Assembly: GCA_012295275.1 (NCBI GenBank)
Contig: CM022667.1
Location: 20,770,001 to 20,834,000 of the forward strand
From: Chrysomallon squamiferum
Lineage: Eukaryota; Animalia; Mollusca
Length of the DNA stretch: 64,000 nt
Direction of reading: 5' to 3'
This document shows, one piece after another, positions 1-12,203 of this stretch. A model generated the notes under the pieces. It saw only the letters and a program-made list of their open reading frames with translations. It did not search any database and was not told the DNA's origin. How positions within the stretch are numbered: position 1 is the first letter of the stretch; every line of letters starts with the position of its first letter. Position numbers and translations under genes: made by a program.

Positions 1-239
1 ACTTTTAAAAACACAAAACATCTAGTGTCTTGGGCAACAACCGAGAAGCAGGAGCCAATCCCTTATCATTAGTCGCCAAAATGACTTAAGATGGCAGCAA
101 TCAAACAGGTAAATGTGGAACATTGAACAGACGAGCATCGAACTCGCATCTGAAGGCACGCTAGCAACACCTGAGTAACTACATAATCTTATGTTAACAA
201 CTAACATATCTCTCAACATAACTCGTTAAAATTTAGAAA

Positions 240-326
240 ACCGGTATTGGTGCTTCATAATGGTATTACCCATCGATTACTAAAACCGATATATACAGGT
301 ATTTAAATACCGGTTTTCGAACCCTA
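240..326. mobile_element. Probable hAT-type terminal fragment
   Basis: Ends in ...ACCGGTTTTCGAACCCTA (TAGGG-type terminus on the minus strand) with repeated ACCG(G/A)TA subterminal motifs. The partner end is not in the window. Confidence 0.35.
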
Positions 327-3300
327 ATACCAAATCACTTTCGCTAGTTTATTCATGTCAATCATGGCCATAAAAACTTAGCAGTTTTAGCAATTGTTAG
401 GAGTATGTAAGAAATGATTATTCAACTCCTCATTCATCATGGTCATTGCTTTTATCTAGGGCTTGGAACATTTGAAAGCATCCAGCTTTATTATCTCTGC
501 TTTTTACATGAAATGCAGTGCTTTCTTCCCCGATCTGCCATCGTCTTTCTTTCTAAAATCCTCTTTAGGATGAATTCAGGCATCTTCATTCCTATTTCTT
601 TACTTTTCTGTTCACTTTTATGTTTTTTTTTTTTTTTTTTTTTTTTTGTCTGTCATTGATTATCATTTTAATATATGTGATTAGTATCTTTTTTTTTAGA
701 CTCGAAATAAGAATTTTTCAGAACAGCATGAAAAATTTATTATATACTTTTATTTGTTATGAGGATGTTGCCTGATCAAATTGATTTGATTTTTCATTTA
801 AAAAATTGAAGAATTATGAGTAAAAATATCATTATGCTGCAGCTGAACTGATTGCTATTTGGTGTAACAACCTTTCGTTCAAAAATATTTAATAAATAAG
901 TCAGTAGTAAAATCTTTTCTTGATTTAAATGAAAGTGATAGATGTTATTGTATTTTATTTTTCCTGAGACGGACGTTACATGTATGAATGTTACAGTTTT
1001 CTTTTCTCTCTCAAAAACAAATAACATAATTTGAAGTCTGCCTGATAAATTTATAAATTTTCAACTAGAAACAAAAAATATGATTATATACCTTCATCTT
1101 TTCTGCTCACATAAACAATTTAGACTTTTATTTTTTATTTGTTTTGTTTTGTTGTTGTTGTTGTTGTTGTTGTTGTTTGTGACGGACCTTAAATTCACTT
1201 GGCAATTTGCTTCAAATCCAATATTTAGTTTACTATTTTCAAAAATATATTTAAACTTCCTTATCTTTTTAAACTGATAGAAATGAAGTGTTAAAGCCAG
1301 TTTAGTGTCAGTGATTTGATTTGCATAATATTCCTGTGTTTGGTTAGTCTGTAGTATTGAAATTATGTGACGCGTCTTCATGTCAGATTCACAAAGAAAA
1401 AATAACAGTAAAAATGTTTATCATTTTCTGTAAGTTCGAAAACGAATGTTTAAATTCTGATCCTTTGCATAATGGAAGACTGAATGATTATTTTGTTGTT
1501 TTTTTGTCGTTTTTTTTTTTTTTTTTTTTTTTGCCCTTAAACCTTGGGACTGTCCATATGCATTTGCAACATAAAGAGAGAGAACCAGAGGGAAACAGAG
1601 TGAGTGGGTGTGAGAGAGAAGATTTTGTATTGTTCGATACAATGGTTGAATGCAGTTGTATTTCTAGAGAGAAAGGATTAAATTAAGAAAACCCGTAGGC
1701 TATCACTGCTCTTTCGCATTGCCTGCGTTAATCACTGTATTTCAAAAACGCTTGAACTCTGGGAAAGCTGTCATTTACAGTGCTAAAGAAATCAATTTTT
1801 CTTTAACACAATATCAAAATGTTTGCTGAGAATTTGACAGTTTAAACTGTCTTTATCCTTTAGACATTTTCATCCTCATTTGAATATGCCGTATGACATG
1901 ACATGAGACGTAAGATGTTTTATTCCTTTTATTGTAGCTAAAATAATTGTATTTATATTAATAGCAGTAAGTATACCAGTATATATATATATATATATTT
2001 TAAATTATTATTAAAATAATGTTACTTACAGTAATATTATTTATTTTAATTGCTGCCAACAACAATACTCTGCAAAAAAAAAAAAAAGTATGTTTATCAA
2101 CAGAGATGTCTTTGTTGTTGTTGTTGTTTTTTGTTGTCATTTTTTGTTTTTGTTTAGTTTGTAGTTGTTATTTTTTAATTATTATTAGTATTTTAAATAT
2201 ACCTATATCCAATTGGCGAATATGAACAACGATATCATTTTTTAATATACTCTACTGGAATCATAAATTATTTATGGCATAGCTTTATATATTTTTCCTC
2301 CAACCTCATTGCTGTCAGAGCACAAGAATGACATTTTATAAAACATTAAGTCATACTTCTGTTAAGAGAGAGAAAAACTGCACCATATATATCAGAAAAG
2401 CATGCACACATACATACATACAGACAGACAGACAGACATACACATATACATATATACAAGCATAAAAAAGAAACTTAAGCAGGAAACTAACAGGGACTAA
2501 ATACACAAAAGAGTGCATTTTTATTAAAGTTTTGCGTAATTCCTTCAACGTTATCTTGATTTCGATCTAATATCAAATAGCTTTAAATTGCTCCATGATA
2601 TAACTTTGTGAGTGCCTTATAATTTGAGAACTTTTAATTGGCATAAATTCAACATGGAGGTGAAAAAAAATAAGTGTGTGTGTGTTATAATAAATCTGAA
2701 ATTTTAAAGCTATTAAATCGGTAATAAAGATGAATGTTTTTATTTTGGCTATGACCCTATTTATGTATTGTTTATGAGAGATGAGTAAGATAGTATAGAG
2801 TCTATAGACAATAAGCTTGTTAATTTTAAATCCGTCCATTTTCATAACTCCTATAACATCATTGTTTTATAGGTTGTTATTGAGTATAATATCGAGAGAG
2901 TTCCTTTCGTTGTTCAAAGCAAATCACGCAGGTTTCTGATATAATTCTCTTCAGTCTGGGTAGTAAGACAGAAGCAACTTAAGTTACTAATGACAATATA
3001 TTGAGCACTATTAAAATATCAGATAAATGAAATACAGAAAAGGATCATTACATTTTGTCAACAAGCATATAACACAGTTTGCATGATCAATATTCAGGCA
3101 TTTCTGTTTAATCGAGAGCAAACATTTTCAGTCATTTCATGAAATGATTGCTTTCACTGGTTGACTGTAACATGATACATGTTACAGCCAATCTTTGAAA
3201 CCAGTCATTACATGTAATGTCTAAACATCAAGACTTGAGTGATATTATATTAAAGAAATCACTTCCTTCATTTTTCATAATGGTTGTGCAAAATGTTTAG

Positions 3301-3539
3301 TCATTTCGCGTATTAACTGGAGTTCACAGGTACTTGGCGAAACGACCGATTTTTTTTCAGGCTTTAAGACTAAGCTAATGACTGGTTTCACAGACATACT
3401 GTAACATAGAGCCTTTGTATCACAAAAAACATAATTAATAATTTATCATTATTTTATTTATTTAGGTTGTTTGTTTATTTGTTTGTTTTTAACGATGCGG
3501 AAGCTTATCAGTGACGAAGAGTTTAAATTATACAATAAA

Positions 3540-3800
3540 ATTATGTACCCGTGCATTAGACCGGTAACGGAATTGAAAATCGTGTATTTCCGTAAATCGT
3601 CGTTACGTTCCGAAATTCGCTAAAGGAAGCTAAATAATTACCTTAGATTCAAGATGGCGGTTGATGTATTGTTTGTAATTACATGAGAGAATATAAACAA
3701 AAAAGAACACCAGCGTTACGATATGACTTTTAATCTCATTCCTTAACATTCTGATCATATTTCAACCTGTTTATATTATGATTTAGCTTGCGAACGGTGA
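3540..3800 (+). promoter_or_regulatory. Probable promoter / non-coding first exon of the ZDHHC gene
   Basis: Local CpG-rich patch, YY1-type AAGATGGCGG at 3651-3660, donor G|GTGAGT near 3797, and an acceptor TTCAG at 4244-4248 just upstream of the ATG. Confidence 0.5.
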
Positions 3801-4261
3801 GTTAAACAAGTATTTTTCTTAACGGATCTGGTAATTCTTAAATTTTAAGTAATTTAGTAATTACTAGCAACAAGTCTTTACTTAAGTTACTTAGCATGTT
3901 TCATGTTATTTGTTTTTGCCTTCATCTTCATCATTTTATATATAGAGTTTTGCTCTTAGTTCTTTTCTATTGTATATACAGTTAGTGAATTAACTTTGTA
4001 AAATATCTTTACTAATCGTCTAATGTTATTAAGAATGACATTGAAGAAGTGTTGTCATGCACAAAAACATACGCGTGTTTGATATTACAAAGATGGTAAT
4101 TTGTAACAGAAATTTCTTGTTTTTTATAACAGAGTAATAGCCGTTTCCGCAAATAAATAATCAAACCTAAAATTGTATTTTATGTATTTTAATAACATTT
4201 GTAATAGATGTATTATTTAAATTAAAGCATTTTTAAACAATTATTCAGAGAGGACGTCCAG

Positions 4262-7200
4262 ATGGCTGAGAATCAGATGGAACAAGCATATCATGAGAGT
4301 TGTCGCAGAAATGGATGGACCTGCCCACTTCACACCTTCCAAATTATTGCCTGGATTGTCCTGTTCTACTTTATTTTTATTTACTTCACAACACTTGTTC
4401 CTGCTCTTCCAACAGAATGGCAACCTGCTGGATATATTGTATCTTTTTACAGTTACTTATTAAAACAAACACAATAAAATTATTTATTAATTTATATATA
4501 TGTAAAAGGACAATGTCCTTTTTGTTTCATACATAACCTTCTAATTTTAAAAAATTACCAATTTATAAATTTTCATCTAAAGATTTTTAAGACTGATTGT
4601 ATATTTTTAATAATAAATCTTTAACAAATTGCTAGATAAATGGAATAGCTTGTGTAGTCCATGTGATTTGCCATATAGTTGCTACAAGCATCAACCCAGC
4701 AGACAAGGCAGTGTTAAATAAACGCTTACATCTAACTATTGCTTATTTGGATCGCACCAAGCATCGACATGTTATAGAAAATCAACACTGCTATTTGTGT
4801 GAGGTCACTGTGTAAGTTTGATATAACTATATAAAACTATTTAATAATTTCCTTTTTCACAATTATTGATATAAATGTTATTACTGAATATTTAAAAAAA
4901 TAAAAGTTAAATGTTTAAAATATGCATTAATCCTTTTACCAAGAAACATGTTTAATACTAATAATTTCCATAAATTAAAATGCTGTCTGTTTAGTAAATG
5001 AAAATAATATTAATGTCTGTAAAATTTGTTTTTAAGTGGTGAGAGGTCTAAACACTGCAGTGCATGTAATAAATGCGTTTCTGACTTTGACCATCACTGC
5101 AAATGGCTCAACAACTGTGTTGGTGGACGTAACTACAGGTATAGTTTGATAGTAATGTTATGACACTATGTGCAAAGTCTGTATTAATATAAGCACTGAT
5201 ATTATAAGTTAAAATGATTGCTTTGATCTGAGTATTTAGTTTCTTTCTATAATGTAATGTTTAGCCTATAGAATATTAATAATTAAAAATTAATAGCATT
5301 GACCTAAAATAATTTTTTAATGTTAAATCTCTGAAGTAAGCAACAAAACAAGTTTGTTAGTCCTATTCTAATTGTGATTTAGTAAGATTTCTTAAAAAAT
5401 ATCAAACTTTTTTCTTATGTTAACATTAGACAATGAATATAAATTTTTTATTATTTTATTCATTGATATTTGTAAATTTCTGATTTACATAATGTAATAG
5501 GAAAATAACTAAGAAATATTTTTTATTTAAAAATATGTCCATTATAATGGTAACAAAAATGACTATTGCTGGTTTCTAATTTGATCAATGTGGATTATTT
5601 ATTCATACATGTATTTTTTTTCAATCTGAGTATTTTGCAGAGATCTCATTATAATTTTGAAGTTAAATATCAAGAAATTATTTTAATTTAGAATAATTAT
5701 GAATTATGACAGAAGTACACTGCTCATGAGATTACATGATTTTATGATTTCTTACAGATGGTTCATTGCAACACTGATAAGTGCAGCTGTTGCTTCACTC
5801 ATGAGTATTTGTGTCTGTCTGACTGAATTTATTGGGTACTTCATTGATAAAAACACTGGAGAAATCCTCCAGCCTTACAGAGGTTAGCTTTTAATTCACC
5901 TGTTACAGTCACTTACTGCAGGGGGCTTTCAAATTACTCTGGTGCCATCACACCTATGTATCTATGTGACAAATGTTTTGCATGATGGCCAAAACTTGTG
6001 TTCCCTGCTGTTTTGGCCAAATAATGAAAATCAGTTTGAAAGCCCAGTTAGTGACTGTTTATTTTGTATAATGTGTACAGTAAAATCATAAATCAAAATA
6101 ACAATAGTAATATGTTTTTCATTCCAGTAAACACTAAAAAAAACACAAATGACCCAAAACTGCATATACTGTTGTTGTTGTACTCAAAGTACCCTCATAA
6201 AAGCATATATCATAAATGTACCAAAATATTTAGACTCATCAGTACAGAAAGGTAAAATGCTTAACTGTGTTTTAAGTTCATATTGTACTTATTGTTTCAT
6301 AAACAAGCTCTTGTTTAAATAAAATCTGTTGTAACAATTTACTTCTTCTCTTTTTTCCAGACTATATTCATTCACAAAAATCAAGTAAGTATTGGATTTA
6401 ACCAGTGAAATAATGTTAAAGTAATTGATCCCCAAATATGATAATTTATGTGATAAATGTGCAGAACTGAAGATAAACAGTATTTTAGTCAGTCATTTCA
6501 GTCATTCCTGTGTTTTGTAATTATTTTTAGTTATTTCTATTTTTGTTATTGTAACATTCTGATGTTTCAAAATTAATCTCAGTATTAAATATGGTGGACA
6601 GTTATGAAATTATTAGGGTTTTTTGGTCACTTAGGCACCAACACAAAACTAAAGAAATAAAATAAGTTTGAAATTTGTTTTAGTGAAAGGTGTGTGATAT
6701 TTTAATTTACTCTGATTTTTTGTAGGTAATGAAACAGATGGGGCTGTGTTTACACTAGTGTACCAGCCTGTGCCTGACTGGGCCTGGATAACAATACTGA
6801 TGATAACAATGGCACTTACGTTAGCCTCAATAGGCTTGTTAATTCATCTCCTGCTTTTTCATCTTTACTTAGGTGAGTGCAGCTGACAGAATTATATAAT
6901 GTTATTTAAAATGTTGCAGTCATTTGAAACAATGTGTATATTTTAATTGCTTTGTTTTTATTTATTTATTTTAAAATTCATAAAGTACTTGGCTAGGCAT
7001 AGCACAAAAAGTTATGTCAAATGTTTTCAGTGTTTATTGCAGATATATTAGTTTTTAGTTTTAAACTATATCTTTTGATACAGAACACTCATTGGGGTCC
7101 TTATAGTGCCATAAGGACACATGAAATTGGAGTTAAGAAAATTGGTATTGACCAATGTTAATAAATAGCATGTTGCAATACAAATTAAAACACACATTAA

Positions 7201-8869
7201 CTTGAGTTTGGCACTTTTACGTTTAACTGCATCAAGTGTAGTGAGTTTATCCTTCACAGAAAAATAGTTCAGGATTTCACTATATAACTGACCTTTTTAT
7301 TATATATTTTTTCTCCCTTATTTCCACTATAAATCACTCTGTTGGTAAGATTATAGTAAACTTTTATGTAATTGAAAATATATTACATGTTATTGTTATT
7401 CATAATTTCCAGAACTTATCAACCTAGTCATCCAAGTTTAATGATGTGAAAGAGTTAAATCTGTCAGTTACTTAAAGCGAAAAAATATGTAATAATAATA
7501 TAGTTATTTGAAGTAATATTTTTGTGTGTTACAGCATTCAAAGGTTTGAGTACGTATGACTACATTGTTAAGCAGCGTGAAACTGTAAAGGAACAGGAAA
7601 CCAGATGTCAAGAAGTGAAGACAATCTCTTCAAAATGTAAAATGGTAAATACACATCTTAACTCATTAAATATCTGTATACTCTAAAAATTAAATCATAT
7701 TAAATTATATTTTGGTTGATAAAAACTAAAAAATTTATAACATTTTATACTATTGTGATTTAATTTCTGTCGTCAATAAAATGTTTTATTATTTCTCAAT
7801 CTTTCAGTTTTTGGTTTGTTTATTATTTAAAATAATTAATCTTCTTTTTTCAGAATCGAATCAAACCTTCAAAGAAAACATCACCAGTAGAAAGTGATTC
7901 ATATCAGTCTGCCAAGTAAGATATTTTTTAATTTATCAGCTTCAGTCCTTTATGCAGATTTTGATAGGTGATAAATAAACACACTATTCATGTTTTCATT
8001 AATTGTTAGGTATGCTTGTCATTTGGATTCTAAGAATACTTTTGATCTACAGCAATTTTTAAAAAATGTGATGATTTTTCAATAGCTGTGATTTTAAAAT
8101 ATTTCTTGATTATAATGTTGACAGGCAACTATAAAAAAAATAATTTTTAATTTTTTCCCCAGTGGTGTAAGAAATAGTGAAGATTTAAAGAATGTGCAGT
8201 CAGAAGAAACATTAAATGAAGGAGAAACACCACCACCAACAGCAAGCCCAATTTATCTCAACAAAAATATGGTAAATGTGTATTACTAAGACAAATTATA
8301 GTTGAAATTTACAATATATAATATTTTTATTTTGCTATTTCAAATTATTTCATAGTTATATTGGAGGTTTTTATTAGAAGTTCCTGACATTCTAAAGGGA
8401 GCTAACCATGGCATTTACAGTAGTGCACTGAATATCTTTTATTTTGACACATGAAACGATATGAGAATTTATGTCAATTTAAAAATTATAAGTATTTTTG
8501 ATAATTTAAAAATTAAGAAGTTAATTACTTTTTAACTTTATAGGTTTTTTAATCTTTTATTAACAGTCTGCTAATACGACAAGTGACACTTCTACAAAAA
8601 TTAAAAAATTAAAAAAGAAGAGATCATCAACACCACAACAAAAAAGTAATGTTGGTAAGATATATTTTTATTCTTTATCTTAGGTAAATATTGCTTACAA
8701 GTTAAATGAAAAACAGAGTACTATAAATCATATAACTTATCATTTGATTTCCCATTCTTGAATTGTAATATGTTGTATAGTTTTGAAATATTAAAAATGT
8801 AATTTTAATTATACTGTAAATATGGAAAGAACTTTGGTTCTTGTTATAGATACGGTAATTCCCTATTAT

Positions 8870-8921
<52 letters not shown>

Positions 8922-9481
8922 CCTTTCTAGATAACAAACAAGATGAAGATGTAGAAGCTGAAAAGAACAGTTCTAATTCACATCACTCTGATCATCACTT
9001 GGATTTTGCAGAGTCTCTGAGAGAAGTGAATGAAATAAAAACTGGGGGGAATATTTCTGCAGACAGTGCTGTCTTTACTGAAAACATGTTTTCTTCTCAA
9101 TCCAATCTCCTTTCAAACACAAAAAAGCCAATGAAGAAAAAGAAGAAAAAGTCTAAAACTACAAAGATGAATGGCAATGAAAGTTTAAATCAGACAATGA
9201 TATTTACTGTGAATGACGATGCCAAACTGAACATGGATGGTTCATTAGATTATACCGATGGTTTCAGAACTCTTCCGCTGACACCTGTGATGCTACACAA
9301 ACAAGTCAATGAAGTGCCACCACTTGACTTTGCTGGTCTTCGGTCAAGCACTGAAAGCAACAACACATATAGACCATACACTGGAACAGTGCGCTCTACA
9401 GACACTGTGATGTATTCAGCTGAACATCTACAGCATAATTTAAAATCAGTTCCTGAACTTCAGATAGATACTGAAGTGTAG
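4262..9481 (+). CDS. DHHC palmitoyltransferase, ZDHHC1/ZDHHC11-like (about 556 aa, 11 coding exons)
   Basis: Exons 4262-4438, 4636-4811, 5037-5138, 5758-5882, 6361-6384, 6726-6872, 7535-7644, 7854-7915, 8163-8271, 8567-8654 and 8931-9481. All introns are GT-AG, phases are consistent and the total is 1671 nt. The protein has the N-terminal [17 protein letters not shown] typical of ZDHHC1/11, the DHHC-CRD (CYLCEV...[32 protein letters not shown]), four TM segments and a post-TM4 GLSTYDY motif. Confidence 0.93.
4439..4635 (+). other. U12-type (minor spliceosome) GT-AG intron in the ZDHHC gene
   Basis: The 5' site GTATCTTT resembles the U12 consensus RTATCCTT. A branch-like TCTTTAAC lies at 4618-4625, 10 nt before the 3' end, and there is no polypyrimidine tract. 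The reading frame is joined in phase 0. Confidence 0.8.
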
Positions 9482-11501
9482 ACATTATGGATTTATATAT
9501 ATAATTTATTTTTATTATTATTTTTTTCATTGTCACTCCTCTGTTTTTGTGGACATTCATTATCTAACTTACAGAATTTGAATTATCCAAATCATTCCAA
9601 ATGAATATATACCTCAATATAAGTGTGTGATAGAAACATCTTTGTTAATCTATCATATGAAAATTTGAATTAACATTTTATGCTCTTATCAATTAATTTA
9701 GCTTTTCATCATAGTTTTTTAGTGCTTGTCAAAGCATGTAAAAAAATATGTGTATGTAAGATATATTAGATATTAGGAAAAAGACTCTATTTTAAATTAC
9801 TTAACTGAGAAATTAAATGAAATCATATAACTTATCATTTATTTCCCATTCTTGAACTAAAAATGAAGATAATTAAGATATCTGAATTTGATTTAATTTG
9901 ATAGGTTTACTGGTTTTATAAATAAAATCCATATTTACTTTTTTTAAATCCTGCCTGGCATGTTTTGAACAGAGCATGTTTTAGAATGTTGAAACTGAAA
10001 AATCAAACTTTTCTTGTGAGAAATGGGAAAATAATTGTTGGCCAAATTAATAGAATATTGTTTGTCTGTATTAGAAAGAGTCTGTGATATTTAATATATA
10101 TTTATTCTGTGATATAAAAGGATAGCAAATGTATTGAATATTTTATTTGTAGTTTCATACACTAACTTACCTATAATCATTAATTTTGTGTGTTTCAGTG
10201 TGTAATGTTGTTTTGTAAGTAGTCATCATGATTTTGTTAAGTGTACATGATGAAAAATAAACCTGTTAGTGAAATTACTGAATGAAACTGGTAAATGTGT
10301 TATTTAGGCAATCAGCTTTTAGATATAAAATTACTAATGTGGAATCTCAGAGTGAATAAAATATTTTAACAAGTACCAACACAGGTTTCACACACTTCAA
10401 TAAGATCTTAACTATTTTAATTTGAACCTATAGATAGTTGGGTTTTTAATGGTATTTTATTGCAACAAATCACTAGTTTATTAGCTATTCAGACAGCTGA
10501 TTTATATATATAGTATCCCAGCAAGATAAACTATTTAAAATAAAATTTTACTCTACTATTTCTACTTAAACATTTATAATACTTGTTAGAAGTCAACTAA
10601 AGTTTGTGAGATCATGCAGTTGTAACATGTTTTAATTAATATATAAAGAAAGAAATTTGTTTCTTGTGTAGGTAACATTCTATAAAGACAGCTGAGTATA
10701 TCTTTTTGTTACAGCTCAAGAACAGTATGGCAGGATATCACTATGTCAGTTTTATTCTCAAGACACTCATATTAGATTATTTAGATGTGAAGTACTGAAA
10801 GTTGGTTGCCATAACAATATTGCAAACTGTGATGAATTTTTTATTGTTATCTAGTTTAGTTTTGTCAGTAAGTATTTTTAAACTGACAAAATTCAGTCTT
10901 AAGGTACACGTATTAAGCTTTATGAAAATTAAGATATATAATATATCTCATGTTTATTTATGTAAATAGCTTGTAAATTTGACTTTAGATGGATAACAAC
11001 TTTATCATGTCAATAAAGTGGCATGATTCATTCATTAGATTTAAAAAATATAACTTCTACACAGTTGTTATAAAATTCACTTTATTTACTTATTTAAATA
11101 TTTTATTTGTATTTTGTTATATAAATTATTTTACCTATTTTTCAGAATTTACATTTATTTTAAAATTTTGAAGAAAATATTCTTTATTAATGTCATAAGC
11201 AGTATAAACTTTATTGATCAACAAGTATTTTCATTTTTAAATGTTCTTTTTTTTTCATGTTATTTTGTGATCCGTCCATATCATTGTATTTATGTTAAAA
11301 GATTCCTATTTTATACAGATTTTAGATATTTAGATGTTTTGTTTTTGTTTAATGTTTTATTTTTGTTATTGTAACATTCTGATGTTTCAAAACTAAACTC
11401 AGTATTAAATATGGTGAACAGCAGTAAATGTATTTGTTTTTCTTTCTTTTGTTTTTATTATTATTATTATTTTATCTTTATAGTTATAATATTTTTATAT
11501 A

Positions 11502-11910
11502 CTGTTGACCCATAATTTCACGGACTAATAGCATGAGCACAGAGTTGGAAAATGCAAAAGTCTGGGAAATTGCAAATGTAAGCATTAACCTAAAATTACA
11601 CTGAACTTCAGTACCTTATAACAGTATGTAATGCAGTAATATAATAATGTAAAACTAATAGACAAAAACAATTTAAACAAATATGTATATGTAAAGTAAA
11701 ATGAAAGTAGGTTGGGTTCAGATACAAAATCTACTCCTAATGGAAAGTGGACTGAAATCAGGTTGCCACAATCATTAGTTGGGCTCAGAATAACTGAATT
11801 GTACCAAGAGATGCAGTTTCAAGTGGGAAATGGCAGTAAGTTCAAACTTATTTTTTCTAGTTTTGTGCCGGTTTTTGAAAGCCCAGATTCATGAAATCGA
11901 GGGTCAACAG
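11502..11910. mobile_element. TA-flanked MITE (Tc1/mariner-pogo superfamily)
   Basis: Imperfect TIRs CTGTTGACCCATAATTTCACGGA and (rc) CTGTTGACCCTCGATTTCATGAA, with TA on both sides and no coding capacity. Confidence 0.75.
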
Positions 11911-11938
11911 TATATATATATATATATACACACACACA

Positions 11939-12171
11939 CAGGGTGTCCTGTAAGTTTCCATGTACATATGGTTTTATCTCAAGCAACGTATCACCAACGC
12001 CATTACAAGCAAAATTCCAGCTGTGATTGAATGTGTTCTTCAGCAGTGGAGGACACGCACTGAAATGTGTTTTCAACATAATGGCAGTCATGTAGAGCAT
12101 GTTATATAAATATGGTTTTTCATATAAAAAAGTTTATTTTTCCTATATAGGAAATTTTATGGGCCACCCTG
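11939..12171 (+). mobile_element. Internally deleted mariner-like element retaining the transposase C-terminus
   Basis: TIRs CAGGGTGTCCTGTAAGTTTC and (rc) CAGGGTGGCCCATAAAATTTC. The interior translates to LKQRITNAI and WRTRTEMCFQHNGSHVEHVI*, resembling the RxxxCxxxxGxHxE end of mariner/maT-type transposases. Confidence 0.7.
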
Positions 12172-12203
12172 TATGTATATATATATATATAATTTTTATT
12201 ATA

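Noticed and set aside
414-2930. Additional coding gene upstream of ZDHHC
   Set aside because: There are some splice-like signals (donor near 1909, acceptor near 2872) but no consistent open frame or recognisable protein. At most these are UTR exons.
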